From contig CAWIIV010000006.1 of NCBI GenBank assembly GCA_963836205.1, positions 618,796 to 682,795 of the forward strand: a stretch of DNA of 64,000 nucleotides. Reading direction: 5' to 3'. The notes under the pieces are model-generated. The model was not told where the DNA came from. It saw only the letters and a program-made list of their open reading frames with translations, and did no database searches. This DNA comes from an uncultured Acidimicrobiia bacterium. GTDB taxonomy: Bacteria > Actinomycetota > Acidimicrobiia > Acidimicrobiales > AC-14. A program made the translations under genes and the position numbers. Below are positions 29,135-39,675 of the stretch, one piece after another. Within the stretch, counting starts at the first letter, position 1. Each line of letters begins with the position of its first letter.

Positions 29135-30186
29135 CCCCCCGGCGGATGGCCGCCGCCGCCCTGGCCGTCACCTTCCTCGTCCTTCCCCTCGCAGTGGGCG
29201 ACTTCGGGCTGTCGGTGCTGACCTTCGCCGGGATCTTCGCGGTGGGCGCCATCGGCCTCGACCTGGCCGTGGGCCACGCCGGCCAGATATCGCTCGGCCA
29301 GGGCTTCTTCATGGGCGTGGGCGCCTACGTCGGCGTCAACCTGGCGGCCGAGTGGGGGCTGGCCCTGCCCCTGTGGCTGGTCGGGGCGGCGGTCGTGGGC
29401 GGCACCCTGGGCGCACTGGTCGGACTGTGCGCCCTGCGCCTCCAGGGTGCCTACCTGGCCATCGTCACCGTCGGCGTGGTGTTCGTCGGCCTTTACATCT
29501 GGAACAACGTGGCGTCGATCTCGGGCGGGGCGGCGGGCACCGGGGGGGAGGCGCCGGCCGCCCTCGGCCCCATCGACTTCAACCACCTGCGCCTTGCGGG
29601 CCAGGCGTACTCCCGGCAGCAGTCGTGGTTCTGGCTGGTGTGGGCGCTGGTGGCGGCGTCGGCCTGGATTGCCGCCAACCTGGTGCGCACCCGTACCGGC
29701 CGGGCCTGGCAGGCGGTGCACGACAACGAGCTGGCCGCGTCGGCCCTCGGCGTCGACGTGGGTCGGGCCAAGGTGTCGGCCTTCGCGGTGGCGGGAGCGC
29801 TGGGCGCGGTGGCGGGAGCCCTCTACTTCGGCTACGTCCAGTACGTCGGCCCCGACGAGTGGAGCCTCTTCCTCTCGGTGCAGTTCCTCGCCATCGTGAT
29901 CGTGGGCGGGTCGGGACGGCTGGCCGGTCCGGTGGTCGGCGCCCTCGTCCTGGGCGGGGCGCCCCGCCTGGTGGAAGAGCTCAGCCCCCACCTCCCGATC
30001 GGCGGCCTCGGGCTGACGGTGGCCAATCTCAACCGATTACTGTTCGGCCTGCTCGTGGTCGGCTTCGTGGCCTACGCACCCCGGGGCCTGGCCGGCGCAT
30101 GGGACGACGTGCAGCGGCGGCGGCGGCGCTCCATCCGCCAGCCGACGCCGACGCCCGCGATGGTCGAGGACAAGGAGCTGCTGTGA
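29131..30186 (+). CDS. livM: branched-chain amino acid-type ABC permease (LivM-like)
   Basis: GHAGQISLGQGFFMGVGAY, LRLQGAYLAIVT, GRAWQAVHDNELAA, IVGGSG. Confidence 0.88.
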   Translation: MTPRRMAAAALAVTFLVLPLAVGDFGLSVLTFAGIFAVGAIGLDLAVGHAGQISLGQGFFMGVGAYVGVNLAAEWGLALPLWLVGAAVVGGTLGALVGLCALRLQGAYLAIVTVGVVFVGLYIWNNVASISGGAAGTGGEAPAALGPIDFNHLRLAGQAYSRQQSWFWLVWALVAASAWIAANLVRTRTGRAWQAVHDNELAASALGVDVGRAKVSAFAVAGALGAVAGALYFGYVQYVGPDEWSLFLSVQFLAIVIVGGSGRLAGPVVGALVLGGAPRLVEELSPHLPIGGLGLTVANLNRLLFGLLVVGFVAYAPRGLAGAWDDVQRRRRRSIRQPTPTPAMVEDKELL

Positions 30187-31445
30187 ACCGACGTACGCCC
30201 CGGCGCCGCCCGGTCGGCGCCGCCCCCCTGGCCGTGGCCGTCGCCCTGGCCCTGGTGGCCGGTGCCTGCGGGCGGGGCGACTCGGCCCCGGAGGCACCCG
30301 GCATCGACGAGTCGGCGGCCACGATCAGCGTCGGCATCCTGACCCCGCTCTCGGGCCCGGTCCAGGTGATCGGCGAGCCCCTCCTCAACGGCTTCCGCAC
30401 CCGGTTCGCAGGCGTCAACGCCAAGGGCGGAATCGGCGGGAAGTACCAGGTGGAGGTGGTCGCGGAGGACAACCAGTACGACGTGCCGACCTCGGTGCAG
30501 CTCTACCAGAAGGTCAAGGACCGGGTGGCCGTGCTCGCCCTGGTGGGCACGCCCCACGTCAACGCGGTCCTGCCCCAACTGAAGGCCGACGGCATGGTCG
30601 CCATCCCCGGGTCCCTCGACGCCAACTGGATCCGGGAGGTCAACCTCCTCCCCTACGGCGGGCCGTACCAGATCCAGTTCCTGAACGGTGCCGACTGGTA
30701 CCTCAACCAGGCCGGCGGCCGGGGCAAGCGCATCTGCGGGATGGCCATCGAAGGCCCCTACGGCGACGCCGGGGTGGCGGGCCTGGCGGCGGCGGCCGAG
30801 GCCGAGGGCTTCACCGTCGAGGCCACCGAGCGCTACCGCTCGACCGACACCGAGTTCGCCGCCCCCGTGGGCCGGCTGGCCGACGCCAAGTGCGACGCCG
30901 TCTTCCTCACCGGGCTCCCCGCCACCACCGGCCCCATCCTGGGCGCGGGCGTGAAGCTCGAGTTCACCCCCCTGTGGCTGGGGCAGTCGCCCACCTGGAG
31001 CACCTCGTTCTCCCAGTCCCCCGAGCTGCTGCCCGTCCTCGAGCGGTATTTCGTCCTCCTCGGCGACGGGCCCGAGTGGGGGGACGAGACCGAACCGGGG
31101 ATGAAGCAGATGATCGCCGACATCGGCCAGTACCGGCCCGACCAGAAGCCCGACGTCTACTTCCAGGTCGGGTACCTCGAAGCGGTGGCGATGGAGGCCC
31201 TTTTGGAGAAGGCGGCCGCGCTCGACGACCTCAGCCGGCCCGGCATCCTCGAAGCCCTGGCGCAGCTGGGCCACGTCGACTACGGCGGGCTCGCCGGGGA
31301 CTGGACCTACGGGCCGCCCGAGGAGCGGGAGCCCTCGCGGGTCACCACCGTCTTCCGGCCCAACGCGGCCAAGCCGGGCGGGCTGGAGGCGGTGGCCAAG
31401 AACATCTCCGTCCCCGCGGCCCAGGCCTACCGGTTCGACCCGTGA
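30183..31445 (+). CDS. ABC substrate-binding lipoprotein (Leu/Ile/Val-binding fold)
   Basis: Lipobox LVAGAC, ISVGILTPLSGP, VNAKGGIGG, EDNQYD. Confidence 0.88.
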   Translation: MNRRTPRRRPVGAAPLAVAVALALVAGACGRGDSAPEAPGIDESAATISVGILTPLSGPVQVIGEPLLNGFRTRFAGVNAKGGIGGKYQVEVVAEDNQYDVPTSVQLYQKVKDRVAVLALVGTPHVNAVLPQLKADGMVAIPGSLDANWIREVNLLPYGGPYQIQFLNGADWYLNQAGGRGKRICGMAIEGPYGDAGVAGLAAAAEAEGFTVEATERYRSTDTEFAAPVGRLADAKCDAVFLTGLPATTGPILGAGVKLEFTPLWLGQSPTWSTSFSQSPELLPVLERYFVLLGDGPEWGDETEPGMKQMIADIGQYRPDQKPDVYFQVGYLEAVAMEALLEKAAALDDLSRPGILEALAQLGHVDYGGLAGDWTYGPPEEREPSRVTTVFRPNAAKPGGLEAVAKNISVPAAQAYRFDP

Positions 31446-31455
31446 CCGCCGGGCC

Positions 31456-32016
31456 TCAGTTCATCGACGGGTCGGGCGGGTAGTCGGCGAAGAGGGAGAT
31501 GGTGCCCGGCTGGCGGCGGAGGACCTCCCGCCACAGATCCTCGGGCAGGGGCGAGAGGGCGTCGGACGGGTCGGCGTCGACCACGAACCACCCGCCCTCG
31601 GCGATCTCGGCCTCCAGCTGCCGGGGCGCCCACCCGGCGTAGCCGGCGAAGATGCGGACCTCGGCCACCCCCGGCGCGGCCTGGCCGGGGTCGGCGCTGA
31701 GGTCGACCGTGCCCACCTGGCCGACCAGGGGATTCCAGCCCCCCTCGGCGATGTCGGCGTCGACCCGGGCCAGGCACAGGGCGGCGTTGGGGGCGACCGG
31801 ACCGCCGAGGAACACGACGGGCGGCGACACCACCACCCCGGTCCAGCCCGGGAGGTGCTCGGCGACGTGGACCTCGCTGGGCCGGTTGAGGACCACCCCC
31901 ATGGCGCCCTCGTCGTTGTGCTCGAGGAGGAGGACGACCGTGCCCGCGAAGTTGGGATCGCCAACGGTGGGCGTGGCCACCAGCAGGCGTCCCCTGAGCC
32001 CTTCGTCGTCGTTCAC
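31456..32016 (-). CDS. YqgE/AlgH (UPF0301) family protein
   Basis: GRLLVATP..DPNF, GAMGVVLNRP, GGPV, FAGYAGW..QLEAEI..GGW. Confidence 0.93.
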   Translation of the reverse strand: MNDDEGLRGRLLVATPTVGDPNFAGTVVLLLEHNDEGAMGVVLNRPSEVHVAEHLPGWTGVVVSPPVVFLGGPVAPNAALCLARVDADIAEGGWNPLVGQVGTVDLSADPGQAAPGVAEVRIFAGYAGWAPRQLEAEIAEGGWFVVDADPSDALSPLPEDLWREVLRRQPGTISLFADYPPDPSMN

Positions 32017-32219
32017 CCCGTCACCGCCGTGGTCGGACCAGCGGCCCGGGCCGGGCCTGAAACCCGGTCGTCGGCCGGCGGGTGAGCGGGCGAACCGGGC
32101 CGGGCGCTCAGGCGACGAGACCCCGACGCCGGTGGAGGCTCTGGTCGGACACCGGCTCCAGCAAACCACACCCGTTCCCAGGGGAGCACGAATCGAGGGC
32201 GGCTAGCCTCACCCCGAGC

Positions 32220-35200
32220 ATGGAACCGCAGCCTTCCGCCCCACCGGTGGTGGCGGTGGTCGTGGCCAACGAACCGGGTGACTGGTTCGAGGAAGCCTTG
32301 GTGGCGCTGGGCAGCCAGGACTACCCCAATCAGTCGGTGCTCGTGATGGACGCCGGAGGTGACGCCGATTCGGCCCGCCGGGTGGCGTCGATCCTGCCCG
32401 ACGCGTACCTGCGGCGGGTCCCCACCCGACCGGGGTTCGCGGCCGCGGCCAACGACGTCCTCCAGACGGTGCAGGGGGCGTCGTTCCTGGTCTTCTGCCA
32501 CGACGACGTGGCCATGGAGCCCGACGCCATCCGCCTCCTGGTGGAGGAGGCCCTGCGCTCCAACGCCGGCATCGTGGCCCCCAAGGTGGTCGAGTGGGAC
32601 CATCCCGACCGCCTGCTCGAGGTGGGCCTGGTGGTCGACAAGACGGGCGCCTGCGCGTCGGTGGTCGACCGGGGCGAGCTCGACCAGGAGCAGCACGACG
32701 CGGTCAAGGACGTGTTCGCCGTCTCCAGCACCTGCCTGCTCGTGCGCAGCGACCTGTTCAGCGAGCTGGGCGGCTTCGACCCCGAGATGGGCGACAACGG
32801 CGCCGACGTCGACCTGTGCTGGCGGGCCCAGGTGGCGGGGGCCCGGGTGGTGGTCGCGCCCTCGGCCGTGGTCCGCCATCACTCGGGCGGCACCCGTCAC
32901 CCCGAGGACCCCATCGACAAGGAGGCGGCCCAGACCCGCCACCACCTGCGCTCCATGTTCAAGAGCTACTCGTTCATCACCCTGCTGCGGGTGGTGCCAC
33001 AGGCCATGGTCGTCACCCTGGTGGAGACGATCGTCGCCCTCTTCTCCCGCCGGTGGGGCGAGGCCCGCCAGCTGGTGTCGGCGTGGTTCTGGAACCTGCG
33101 CCAGCTCAACCGGCTGCGGCCGCTGCGCCGGGCCGTCAGCCGCAGCCGCAACGTGCCCGACAGCGAGGTCCGCCGCCTCCAGGTGCGGGGCAGCGTGCGG
33201 CTCACCAACTACCTCCAGCGCCGGCTGCACGCCGAGGAGCGGGCCCGGGCCCTGGTCTCCGCCGGCCAGGAGCTGGTGGAGTCGGTCTGGCAGGGGCCGG
33301 CCCGGGCCGCGGCCGCCCTCCTGGGCCTGGTCACGGTGGCGTTCCTGATCGGCAGCCGGGGCCTGCTCACGGGACGGATCCCGGCCGTGGGCCAGTTCGC
33401 CCCCTTTCCCGACCCCGCCACCCTCCTCACCCACTTCGTCGACGGCTGGCGCACGACGGGACTGGGCTCGTCGTCGTCGGCGCCACCGATGTTCGGCATC
33501 CTCGGCTTCCTCGGCACCCTGCTCCTGGGCGGTGTCGGGCTGCTCCAGAAGCTGCTGATCCTGGGGGCGTGGCCGGTCGCGGCGGTGGGCGCGTGGCGGG
33601 CCGGTCGCCACCTGGGCTCACCCCTCGCCCGGCTGGTGGGCGTGCTCGCCTACGTCACCGTCGCCCTCCCCTACAACTCCCTGGCCCGGGGCCAGTGGGG
33701 CGGACTGCTGGCCTACGCCGCCGCCCCCTGGCTGCTGGGATCGCTGCTCCGCATGACCGGGCTGGGACCCTTCCGGCCCGACGACGACACCCACGCGGCC
33801 GCGGCCGGCGGGCGCGACATCCTCATCCTGGGGATGGGCCTGGCCCTGGTGACCGCCTTCGTCCCCGCCATCGCCGTGGCGCTTCTCGTCGCCGCCCTGG
33901 GACTGCTGCTGGGTTCGCTGCTGGTGGGCGAACCCACGGCCACATCGTCGTCCTTCGTCGGCGCGTTGGGGGCGGTGCTGGTCACCATCGTCCTCCTGGT
34001 GCCGTGGTCGGTCGAGCTGTTGCTCCCGGGCGGGTGGTCGACGGTCACCGGCGTGTCCCGCCTCCCGGCGGTGCAGCCGGGGCTGGGCCAGCTGCTGCGC
34101 TTCCAGGTCGGTCCCATGGGCGCCGCCCCCCTGGGCTGGGCCCTGCTGGTGGTGGCCGCCGTCCCCCTCGTGCTGGGCCGCGACTGGCGCTTCGCCTGGG
34201 CCGTGCGCCTGTGGATAACCGCCCTGACCTGCGTCCTCGTGGCCTGGGCCGGTGGCCAGGGATGGATCCCGTTGCAGTTCCAGGCCCCCGACGTCCTCCT
34301 CGCCTTCGCCGCCGCCGCCCTCGCCGGCTCGGTCGCCCTGGGCGCGGTGGCGTTCGAGACCGACCTCCGCTCCGAGCGCTTCGGCTGGCGCCAGGCCCTC
34401 TCCCTGGCCGCGGGCGCCACCATCGCCGCCATCGCCCTGCCCGTCATCGGTGGTGCCACCGACGGGACGTGGGACATGCCGGCGACCGACCTGGCCCGCT
34501 CGGTGGCGTGGATGGAGCCGGAGGGCGAGGAGGGTGCGTTCCGGGTGTTGTGGCTGGGCGACCCGGCGGTGCTCCCCCTCGACAGCTGGCGGTTCCAGGA
34601 GGGGGTGGGCTACGCCACGTCCCGCGACGGTGCCCCGGACGCCGCCGACCTCCTCCCCGGGCGACCCTCGGCCGCCACCGAGACCATCGCCGAGGTCCTG
34701 CGGGTGGCCCAGAACGGCGGCACCGCCCGTCTCGGACGCCTCCTCGCCCCCATGGCCGTGCGCTACATCGTGGTGCCGATCCAGACCGCGCCACGCGACG
34801 AGGTCGCGCCCACGCCCGGCATCCCCCCGGCGCTCACCCGCGCCCTCGGCTCCCAGCTCGACCTGCGCCTGCTCCCGGCCGACGCCACCCTGGCCGTGTA
34901 CGAGAACACCGCCTGGGGCCCGGGCCGGGCCCTGCTCCCCGAGGCCTTCGCCGGGGGGGTCCCCGAGGCCCAGGGTGGGGGCGCCGACCTCACCGGCGGC
35001 CAGCCGGTTCTCGACCAGGGCGGCCCGGTGCGATTCAGCGGGGCCGTCCCCGCCGCCGGCACCGCCCTTCTGGCCGAGACGCCGTCGGGCCGGTGGTCGC
35101 TCGAGGTCGGCGGGCGGGGTGCCGACCGGGCGGCCGCCTTCGGTGTGGCCAACGCCTTCGACGTCGAGCGCCCGGGCAGCGGCCGCCTGCGCTTCAACAC

Positions 35201-35318
35201 CCCGATCCTGCGCTACGGGCTGGTGCTCCTGCAGTTCGCCCTGTGGGTGGGCCTGGTCCGCTACCTCGTCGTCACCCGGCCCCAACACCCGGCCGCCGAC
35301 CCCCCTGAGGACCGGTGA
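32220..35318 (+). CDS. GT2 glycosyltransferase fused to a large multi-TM and extracellular region
   Basis: GF..AAN, FCHDDV, DVDLCWRAQVAG, then many hydrophobic helices; coupled to the DUF5719-like gene, a pairing typical of actinobacteria. Confidence 0.85.
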   Translation: MEPQPSAPPVVAVVVANEPGDWFEEALVALGSQDYPNQSVLVMDAGGDADSARRVASILPDAYLRRVPTRPGFAAAANDVLQTVQGASFLVFCHDDVAMEPDAIRLLVEEALRSNAGIVAPKVVEWDHPDRLLEVGLVVDKTGACASVVDRGELDQEQHDAVKDVFAVSSTCLLVRSDLFSELGGFDPEMGDNGADVDLCWRAQVAGARVVVAPSAVVRHHSGGTRHPEDPIDKEAAQTRHHLRSMFKSYSFITLLRVVPQAMVVTLVETIVALFSRRWGEARQLVSAWFWNLRQLNRLRPLRRAVSRSRNVPDSEVRRLQVRGSVRLTNYLQRRLHAEERARALVSAGQELVESVWQGPARAAAALLGLVTVAFLIGSRGLLTGRIPAVGQFAPFPDPATLLTHFVDGWRTTGLGSSSSAPPMFGILGFLGTLLLGGVGLLQKLLILGAWPVAAVGAWRAGRHLGSPLARLVGVLAYVTVALPYNSLARGQWGGLLAYAAAPWLLGSLLRMTGLGPFRPDDDTHAAAAGGRDILILGMGLALVTAFVPAIAVALLVAALGLLLGSLLVGEPTATSSSFVGALGAVLVTIVLLVPWSVELLLPGGWSTVTGVSRLPAVQPGLGQLLRFQVGPMGAAPLGWALLVVAAVPLVLGRDWRFAWAVRLWITALTCVLVAWAGGQGWIPLQFQAPDVLLAFAAAALAGSVALGAVAFETDLRSERFGWRQALSLAAGATIAAIALPVIGGATDGTWDMPATDLARSVAWMEPEGEEGAFRVLWLGDPAVLPLDSWRFQEGVGYATSRDGAPDAADLLPGRPSAATETIAEVLRVAQNGGTARLGRLLAPMAVRYIVVPIQTAPRDEVAPTPGIPPALTRALGSQLDLRLLPADATLAVYENTAWGPGRALLPEAFAGGVPEAQGGGADLTGGQPVLDQGGPVRFSGAVPAAGTALLAETPSGRWSLEVGGRGADRAAAFGVANAFDVERPGSGRLRFNTPILRYGLVLLQFALWVGLVRYLVVTRPQHPAADPPEDR

Positions 35319-36763
35319 GCGGCCGCCGTATCCCGGCCATCGTCGTCATCGTCCTGGTGCTGGTGGCCGGCGGGGCCATCGACCGGTGGGCGAGGTCGTC
35401 GTCGGACTCCGTTCCCGACGACCCCGACGCCGCCATCGCCCTGGCCGGCCCCACCGCCGCGCCCGCCTCCGCCCGGTCGTCGGCCTGGTACTGCACGGGC
35501 AGCACCGGCGCCCCCGACGCGGTGGCCGACGGCACCGTCGTCGTCGCCAACGCCGGCGCCCGGCGGCTGCGGGCCGACGTCACCGTCGCGCCCATCGGCG
35601 GCGCCCCTGGCCAGACCACGGTCGACGTGCCCGCCAACGGACGGGCAGCCGTCCACCTGGCCGACGTCGTGCAGGGCGACTACCTGTCGGCCGTGGTCGA
35701 GCTCGACGGCGGCGAGGCGGTGGTGGAGCTGTCGACCAGCGGGCCCCTGGGCACCAGCGTCACCCCCTGCGCCTCGACCGCGTCACCCGACTGGTACTTC
35801 GCCGAGGGAGTCACCACCCGCGACGCCACCGAGGTGCTGCTCGTCTTCAACCCGTTCCCCGAGGACGCGGTCGTCGACTTCGCCTTCACCACCGAGGAGG
35901 GGCAGGTCACGCCCCAGGCCCTCACCGGCCTGTCGGTGCAGGGACGGGGCATGACCGCCGTCAACGTGGGCGACTTCGTGCAGCGCCGGGAGACAGTGGC
36001 GGCCCGCATCTCGGCCCGCACCGGCCGACTGGTGGTGTCCCGGCTGCAGATGTTCGACGGCAGCGTCGGCCGCAAGGGCGCTTCGGTGACGCTGGGCATC
36101 CCCGCCCCCGAGCCCCTCTGGTACTTCGCCGACGGTCTGGCCGCCGACGGGCTGGCCGAGCGCTTCCAGGTCTACAACCCCCTCCCCGCCGAGGCCCAGG
36201 TGGAGCTGGCCTTCGCCCTCGACGACGGCGACGCCGAGCCCCTGCGCATCACCGTCCCCCGGGAGTCGCGGGTGACCGTGGTCGCCAACGACGAGAGCCG
36301 GGTGCCCAAGGGCGTGGGCCACGCGGTGACGCTGCGCAGCACCAACGACGTGGCGGTGGTGGTGGAGCGCAGCATCGACGCCGCCGGGGCCGCGGGACGG
36401 GCCGGCGTGGGGTCGTCGCCCGGAGCGCGGTCGACGGCGCGGGCCTGGGTGTTCGCCGCCGGCCAGGCCGACACCGCCCTCGACGAGTTCCTGGCCGTCT
36501 TCAACCCCGGCACCGGCCCGGTGCGGATCTCGGTGCACCTCCTGGCCGACGACGTCCGCCGCGACATCGCCGGGCTGAAGGACCTCGAGATCCCCGCCGG
36601 CGGGCGAACGGTGGTGCGGATGGCCGACCACGTCGCCGTCCCCGCGGCCGCCCTTCCGCTGCTGGTCACCGCCACCCAACCGGTGGTGGCCGAACGCCTG
36701 CTGCTGGCCCAAGGGGGCTCGCTCGGCATGTCGATCACCCCCGGGATCGCCCTCCGGGACTGA
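35315..36763 (+). CDS. DUF5719-like secreted/membrane-anchored protein
   Basis: N-terminal TM, WYC, PCA, repeated WYFAEG..L.VFNP units. Confidence 0.75.
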   Translation: MSGRRIPAIVVIVLVLVAGGAIDRWARSSSDSVPDDPDAAIALAGPTAAPASARSSAWYCTGSTGAPDAVADGTVVVANAGARRLRADVTVAPIGGAPGQTTVDVPANGRAAVHLADVVQGDYLSAVVELDGGEAVVELSTSGPLGTSVTPCASTASPDWYFAEGVTTRDATEVLLVFNPFPEDAVVDFAFTTEEGQVTPQALTGLSVQGRGMTAVNVGDFVQRRETVAARISARTGRLVVSRLQMFDGSVGRKGASVTLGIPAPEPLWYFADGLAADGLAERFQVYNPLPAEAQVELAFALDDGDAEPLRITVPRESRVTVVANDESRVPKGVGHAVTLRSTNDVAVVVERSIDAAGAAGRAGVGSSPGARSTARAWVFAAGQADTALDEFLAVFNPGTGPVRISVHLLADDVRRDIAGLKDLEIPAGGRTVVRMADHVAVPAAALPLLVTATQPVVAERLLLAQGGSLGMSITPGIALRD

Positions 36764-36908
36764 GCGAACCGGCCCGCAGAATCGACGGAAGGGGGCCCCC
36801 AGGCCCCCCTCCGACAACGCCGCCCGGGCTTGTCAACTCGATGGTCCACTGTCCGCGGCGCCACCGTCAATAGAGTCCGTCGACAGCTACCGGCCCGCTC
36901 CGACGCCG

Positions 36909-37034
36909 AACTGGTGACGGATTCGGTGGTCCTGGCCACCGGATACGTCACCGGTTGGAGGGCGTGACCGCCCGCCGGCCGACCCGAACCGGTGACCGAT
37001 CCGGTCGTCCTGGCCACCGGATACGTCACCAGCT
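36909..37034. repeat. two 48-bp hairpin elements (family A), intergenic
   Basis: AACTGGTGACG...CGTCACCGGTT (36909-36956) and AACCGGTGAC...GTCACCAGCT (36987-37034). Confidence 0.9.
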
Positions 37035-37070
37035 GCGAGGCCGCGGGCGCCGGTGGTCGATACTGGCGGG

Positions 37071-37559
37071 ATGGAGCGGCTCCTCGTGGTGGCGGTGGTC
37101 GTGGTCGCCGCCGTGGTCCTCGCCCTCGTGGTCGAACGGCGCCGGCCGGACGCCCCCACCCAGGGCGAATGGCCGGTGCCCCGCCAGCTCGACCGGGCCG
37201 ATTTCGACCGGGCCGACGCCCCCTGGCTGGTGGCGGTCTTCTCGTCGGCCACCTGCGACTCGTGCGCGACAGTGGTGCGGAAATCGGCCGTGCTGGCCAG
37301 CGCCGACGTCGTCGTCCAGAACGTCGAGGTGGGGGCCCAGGGCGACCTGCACAAGCGCTACGGCATCGAGGCCGTGCCCACCATCGTGGTGGCCGATGCC
37401 GAGGGCGTGGTGCGGGCCTCGTTCGTGGGACCACCGTCGGCCACCGACCTGTGGGCGGCGGTGGCCGAGGTCCGGGAGCCGGGATCGAGCCCCGAGCCCC
37501 AGCTGGGCCAGCCCGGCGGCCACGCCGGAGGCGCCCAAAGTGCCGAATCGGCGTCGTAG
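37071..37559 (+). CDS. membrane-anchored thioredoxin-fold protein
   Basis: N-terminal TM, VFSSATCDSC (CxxC), YGIEAVPT. Confidence 0.8.
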   Translation: MERLLVVAVVVVAAVVLALVVERRRPDAPTQGEWPVPRQLDRADFDRADAPWLVAVFSSATCDSCATVVRKSAVLASADVVVQNVEVGAQGDLHKRYGIEAVPTIVVADAEGVVRASFVGPPSATDLWAAVAEVREPGSSPEPQLGQPGGHAGGAQSAESAS

Positions 37560-37571
37560 TACCGTCCGTCC

Positions 37572-38390
37572 GTGACCATCGCAGGCGTCGAGGAGCTCTT
37601 TCGCGCTCGCGAGCTCACCGCCAACCTGGTCAAGCGCGACCTCAAGGTCCGCCACCGGGGCACGTTCCTGGGGATGCTGTGGTCGCTCACCACACCCCTG
37701 CTGTTCGTGGGCCTCTACTGGTTCATCTTCACGTTCATCTTCCGGGCGGGCGATATCCAGGACGCGACCCGATCCAACGGCACGGTCGTTCCCTTCGCCC
37801 TCTACTTCTTCGGCGGGCTGGTGATATGGAACCTCTTCGCCACCGCCGTTGGAGGCTCGACCGGCAGCGTCATCGGCTCCGGCTACCTGCTGGGCAAGGT
37901 CTACTTCCCCCGTGCCATCCTGCCCCTGAGCACGGTGCTGTCGTCGGTGGTCACCTTCGGATTCGAGCTGGCGGTGCTGCTGGTGGCCACCCTGCTCTTC
38001 GCCGGGCTGCCGGGACTGCATCTCCTCTGGTTGCCGCTGATCCTGGTGGTGGTCACCGTCCTGTCGTTCGGACTGGCCCTGATCCTGTCGGCCGTCACCG
38101 TGTTCCTCCGGGACATGGCCCACTTCATCGGCGTGTTCCTCCAGCTCTGGTTCTGGGGGACGCCGATCATCTACTCCCTCCACATCCTCGACGACCGTCC
38201 CGGCCTGGTCCGCCTCATCGAGCTCAACCCCATGACGGGCATCGTGGTGTCGTTCCGGAACGTGGTCCTGCTCAACCGCCCGCCCGACTTCAAGCTGCTG
38301 GCCTACGACGCGGCCGTGGCCGTGGTGTGCCTGGCGGTGGGCACCAAGCTCTTCGGCCGCTGGCAGCGGCAGTTCGCGGAGATCGTCTGA
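37572..38390 (+). CDS. wzm: polysaccharide ABC exporter permease
   Basis: RDLKVRHRGTFLGMLWSL..P, KVYFPR, FLRD, TPIIY, LNPMT. Confidence 0.93.
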   Translation: MTIAGVEELFRARELTANLVKRDLKVRHRGTFLGMLWSLTTPLLFVGLYWFIFTFIFRAGDIQDATRSNGTVVPFALYFFGGLVIWNLFATAVGGSTGSVIGSGYLLGKVYFPRAILPLSTVLSSVVTFGFELAVLLVATLLFAGLPGLHLLWLPLILVVVTVLSFGLALILSAVTVFLRDMAHFIGVFLQLWFWGTPIIYSLHILDDRPGLVRLIELNPMTGIVVSFRNVVLLNRPPDFKLLAYDAAVAVVCLAVGTKLFGRWQRQFAEIV

Positions 38391-39662
38391 ATGGGTGACA
38401 TCGCCATCTCCTGTGACGGGGTGTGGAAGAGCTACCGGATCTACCACCAGCGGGCCCACACCCTGAAGGAGAAGGTCCTGTCGCGGGCCCACCGCTACGA
38501 GGACTTCTGGGCCCTCAAGGGCATCGACCTGGAGGTGGAGGCGGGCACCACCATCGGGATCATCGGCCCCAACGGGTCGGGCAAGTCGACCCTGCTCAAG
38601 ACGCTGGCCAAGATCCTCACCCCCAACAAGGGCAGCCTCACGGTGAAGGGCACCATCTCCCCCCTGCTGGAGCTGGGCACCGGCTTCCACCCCGAGCTCA
38701 CCGGGAAAGAGAACGTCTTCCTCGCCGGATCGTTGCTCGGCCAGCCCAAACGGGAGATCGAGAAGCGCTACGACGGCATCGTCGACTTCGCCGGCATCGA
38801 GACGTTCATGGACATCCCGGTCAAGAACTACTCGAGCGGGATGTACGCCCGGTTGGCCTTCGCGGTGGCGATCAGCGTCGACCCCGAGATCCTCATCGTC
38901 GACGAGGTCCTGTCGGTGGGCGACGAGGGCTTCCAGATGAAGTGCTGGGAGCGCATCGCCGAATTACGGGCCGAGGGCCGCACCATCGTGCTGGTGTCCC
39001 ACAGCCTGCCGACGGTGCGGACGCTGTGCTCCAAGGCGGTGTGGCTGGACAAGGGCACGGTGCGGGAGGTGGGCAAGGCGGCCGACGTGGTCGCCGACTA
39101 TTTGGCCGAGGTCCACCACGAGACCGCCGACCAGGAGGGCGGGGCCGGGGCCGGCTCCCACGGGCGGCGCTACGGGGCGGGACCGGCGGAGATCACCGAG
39201 ATCGGGGTCCTCGACGGCGACGGCGGCCACACCGGCACGTTTCGCACGAGCGACCCGCTGACGATCCGGGTCTCGTACGACATCCCGACCGGGCTGGCCG
39301 ACACCATCTGCGGCATCGCCGTCATGCGGGGCGAGAACCTGGCCTACGTCTTCGGGCAGAACTCGGGCCAGGCCGGGATCACGTTGCCCACCGGCACGGG
39401 GACGGTCGAGTTCCGGGTGCCCTACCTCCCGCTGCTCCGGGGGCACTACGTGATCACCGCCGTCCTCCACGACGAGGCCGCCACCAAGATCTACGACTGC
39501 CACGAGCGCCGCCACTGGTTCTCGGTCTTCGACAACCCGTCGCTCCCCATCGAGGGCGGCATGGTCCACGTGACCACCGAGTGGAAGGCCCAGGCGTCGT
39601 CGGCGTCGACGGCGTCGGTGGCGGCGGCCACGCCGGCCGACGCCCTCCACCCGTCCGGCTGA
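38391..39662 (+). CDS. wzt: polysaccharide ABC exporter ATPase with C-terminal carbohydrate-binding (Wzt_C) extension
   Basis: FWALK, GPNGSGKST, GFHPELTG.EN, YSSGMYARL, VDEVLSVGD; beta-rich C-terminal domain after RYG. Confidence 0.93.
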   Translation: MGDIAISCDGVWKSYRIYHQRAHTLKEKVLSRAHRYEDFWALKGIDLEVEAGTTIGIIGPNGSGKSTLLKTLAKILTPNKGSLTVKGTISPLLELGTGFHPELTGKENVFLAGSLLGQPKREIEKRYDGIVDFAGIETFMDIPVKNYSSGMYARLAFAVAISVDPEILIVDEVLSVGDEGFQMKCWERIAELRAEGRTIVLVSHSLPTVRTLCSKAVWLDKGTVREVGKAADVVADYLAEVHHETADQEGGAGAGSHGRRYGAGPAEITEIGVLDGDGGHTGTFRTSDPLTIRVSYDIPTGLADTICGIAVMRGENLAYVFGQNSGQAGITLPTGTGTVEFRVPYLPLLRGHYVITAVLHDEAATKIYDCHERRHWFSVFDNPSLPIEGGMVHVTTEWKAQASSASTASVAAATPADALHPSG

Positions 39663-39675
39663 CCGCCCGCGCGTC

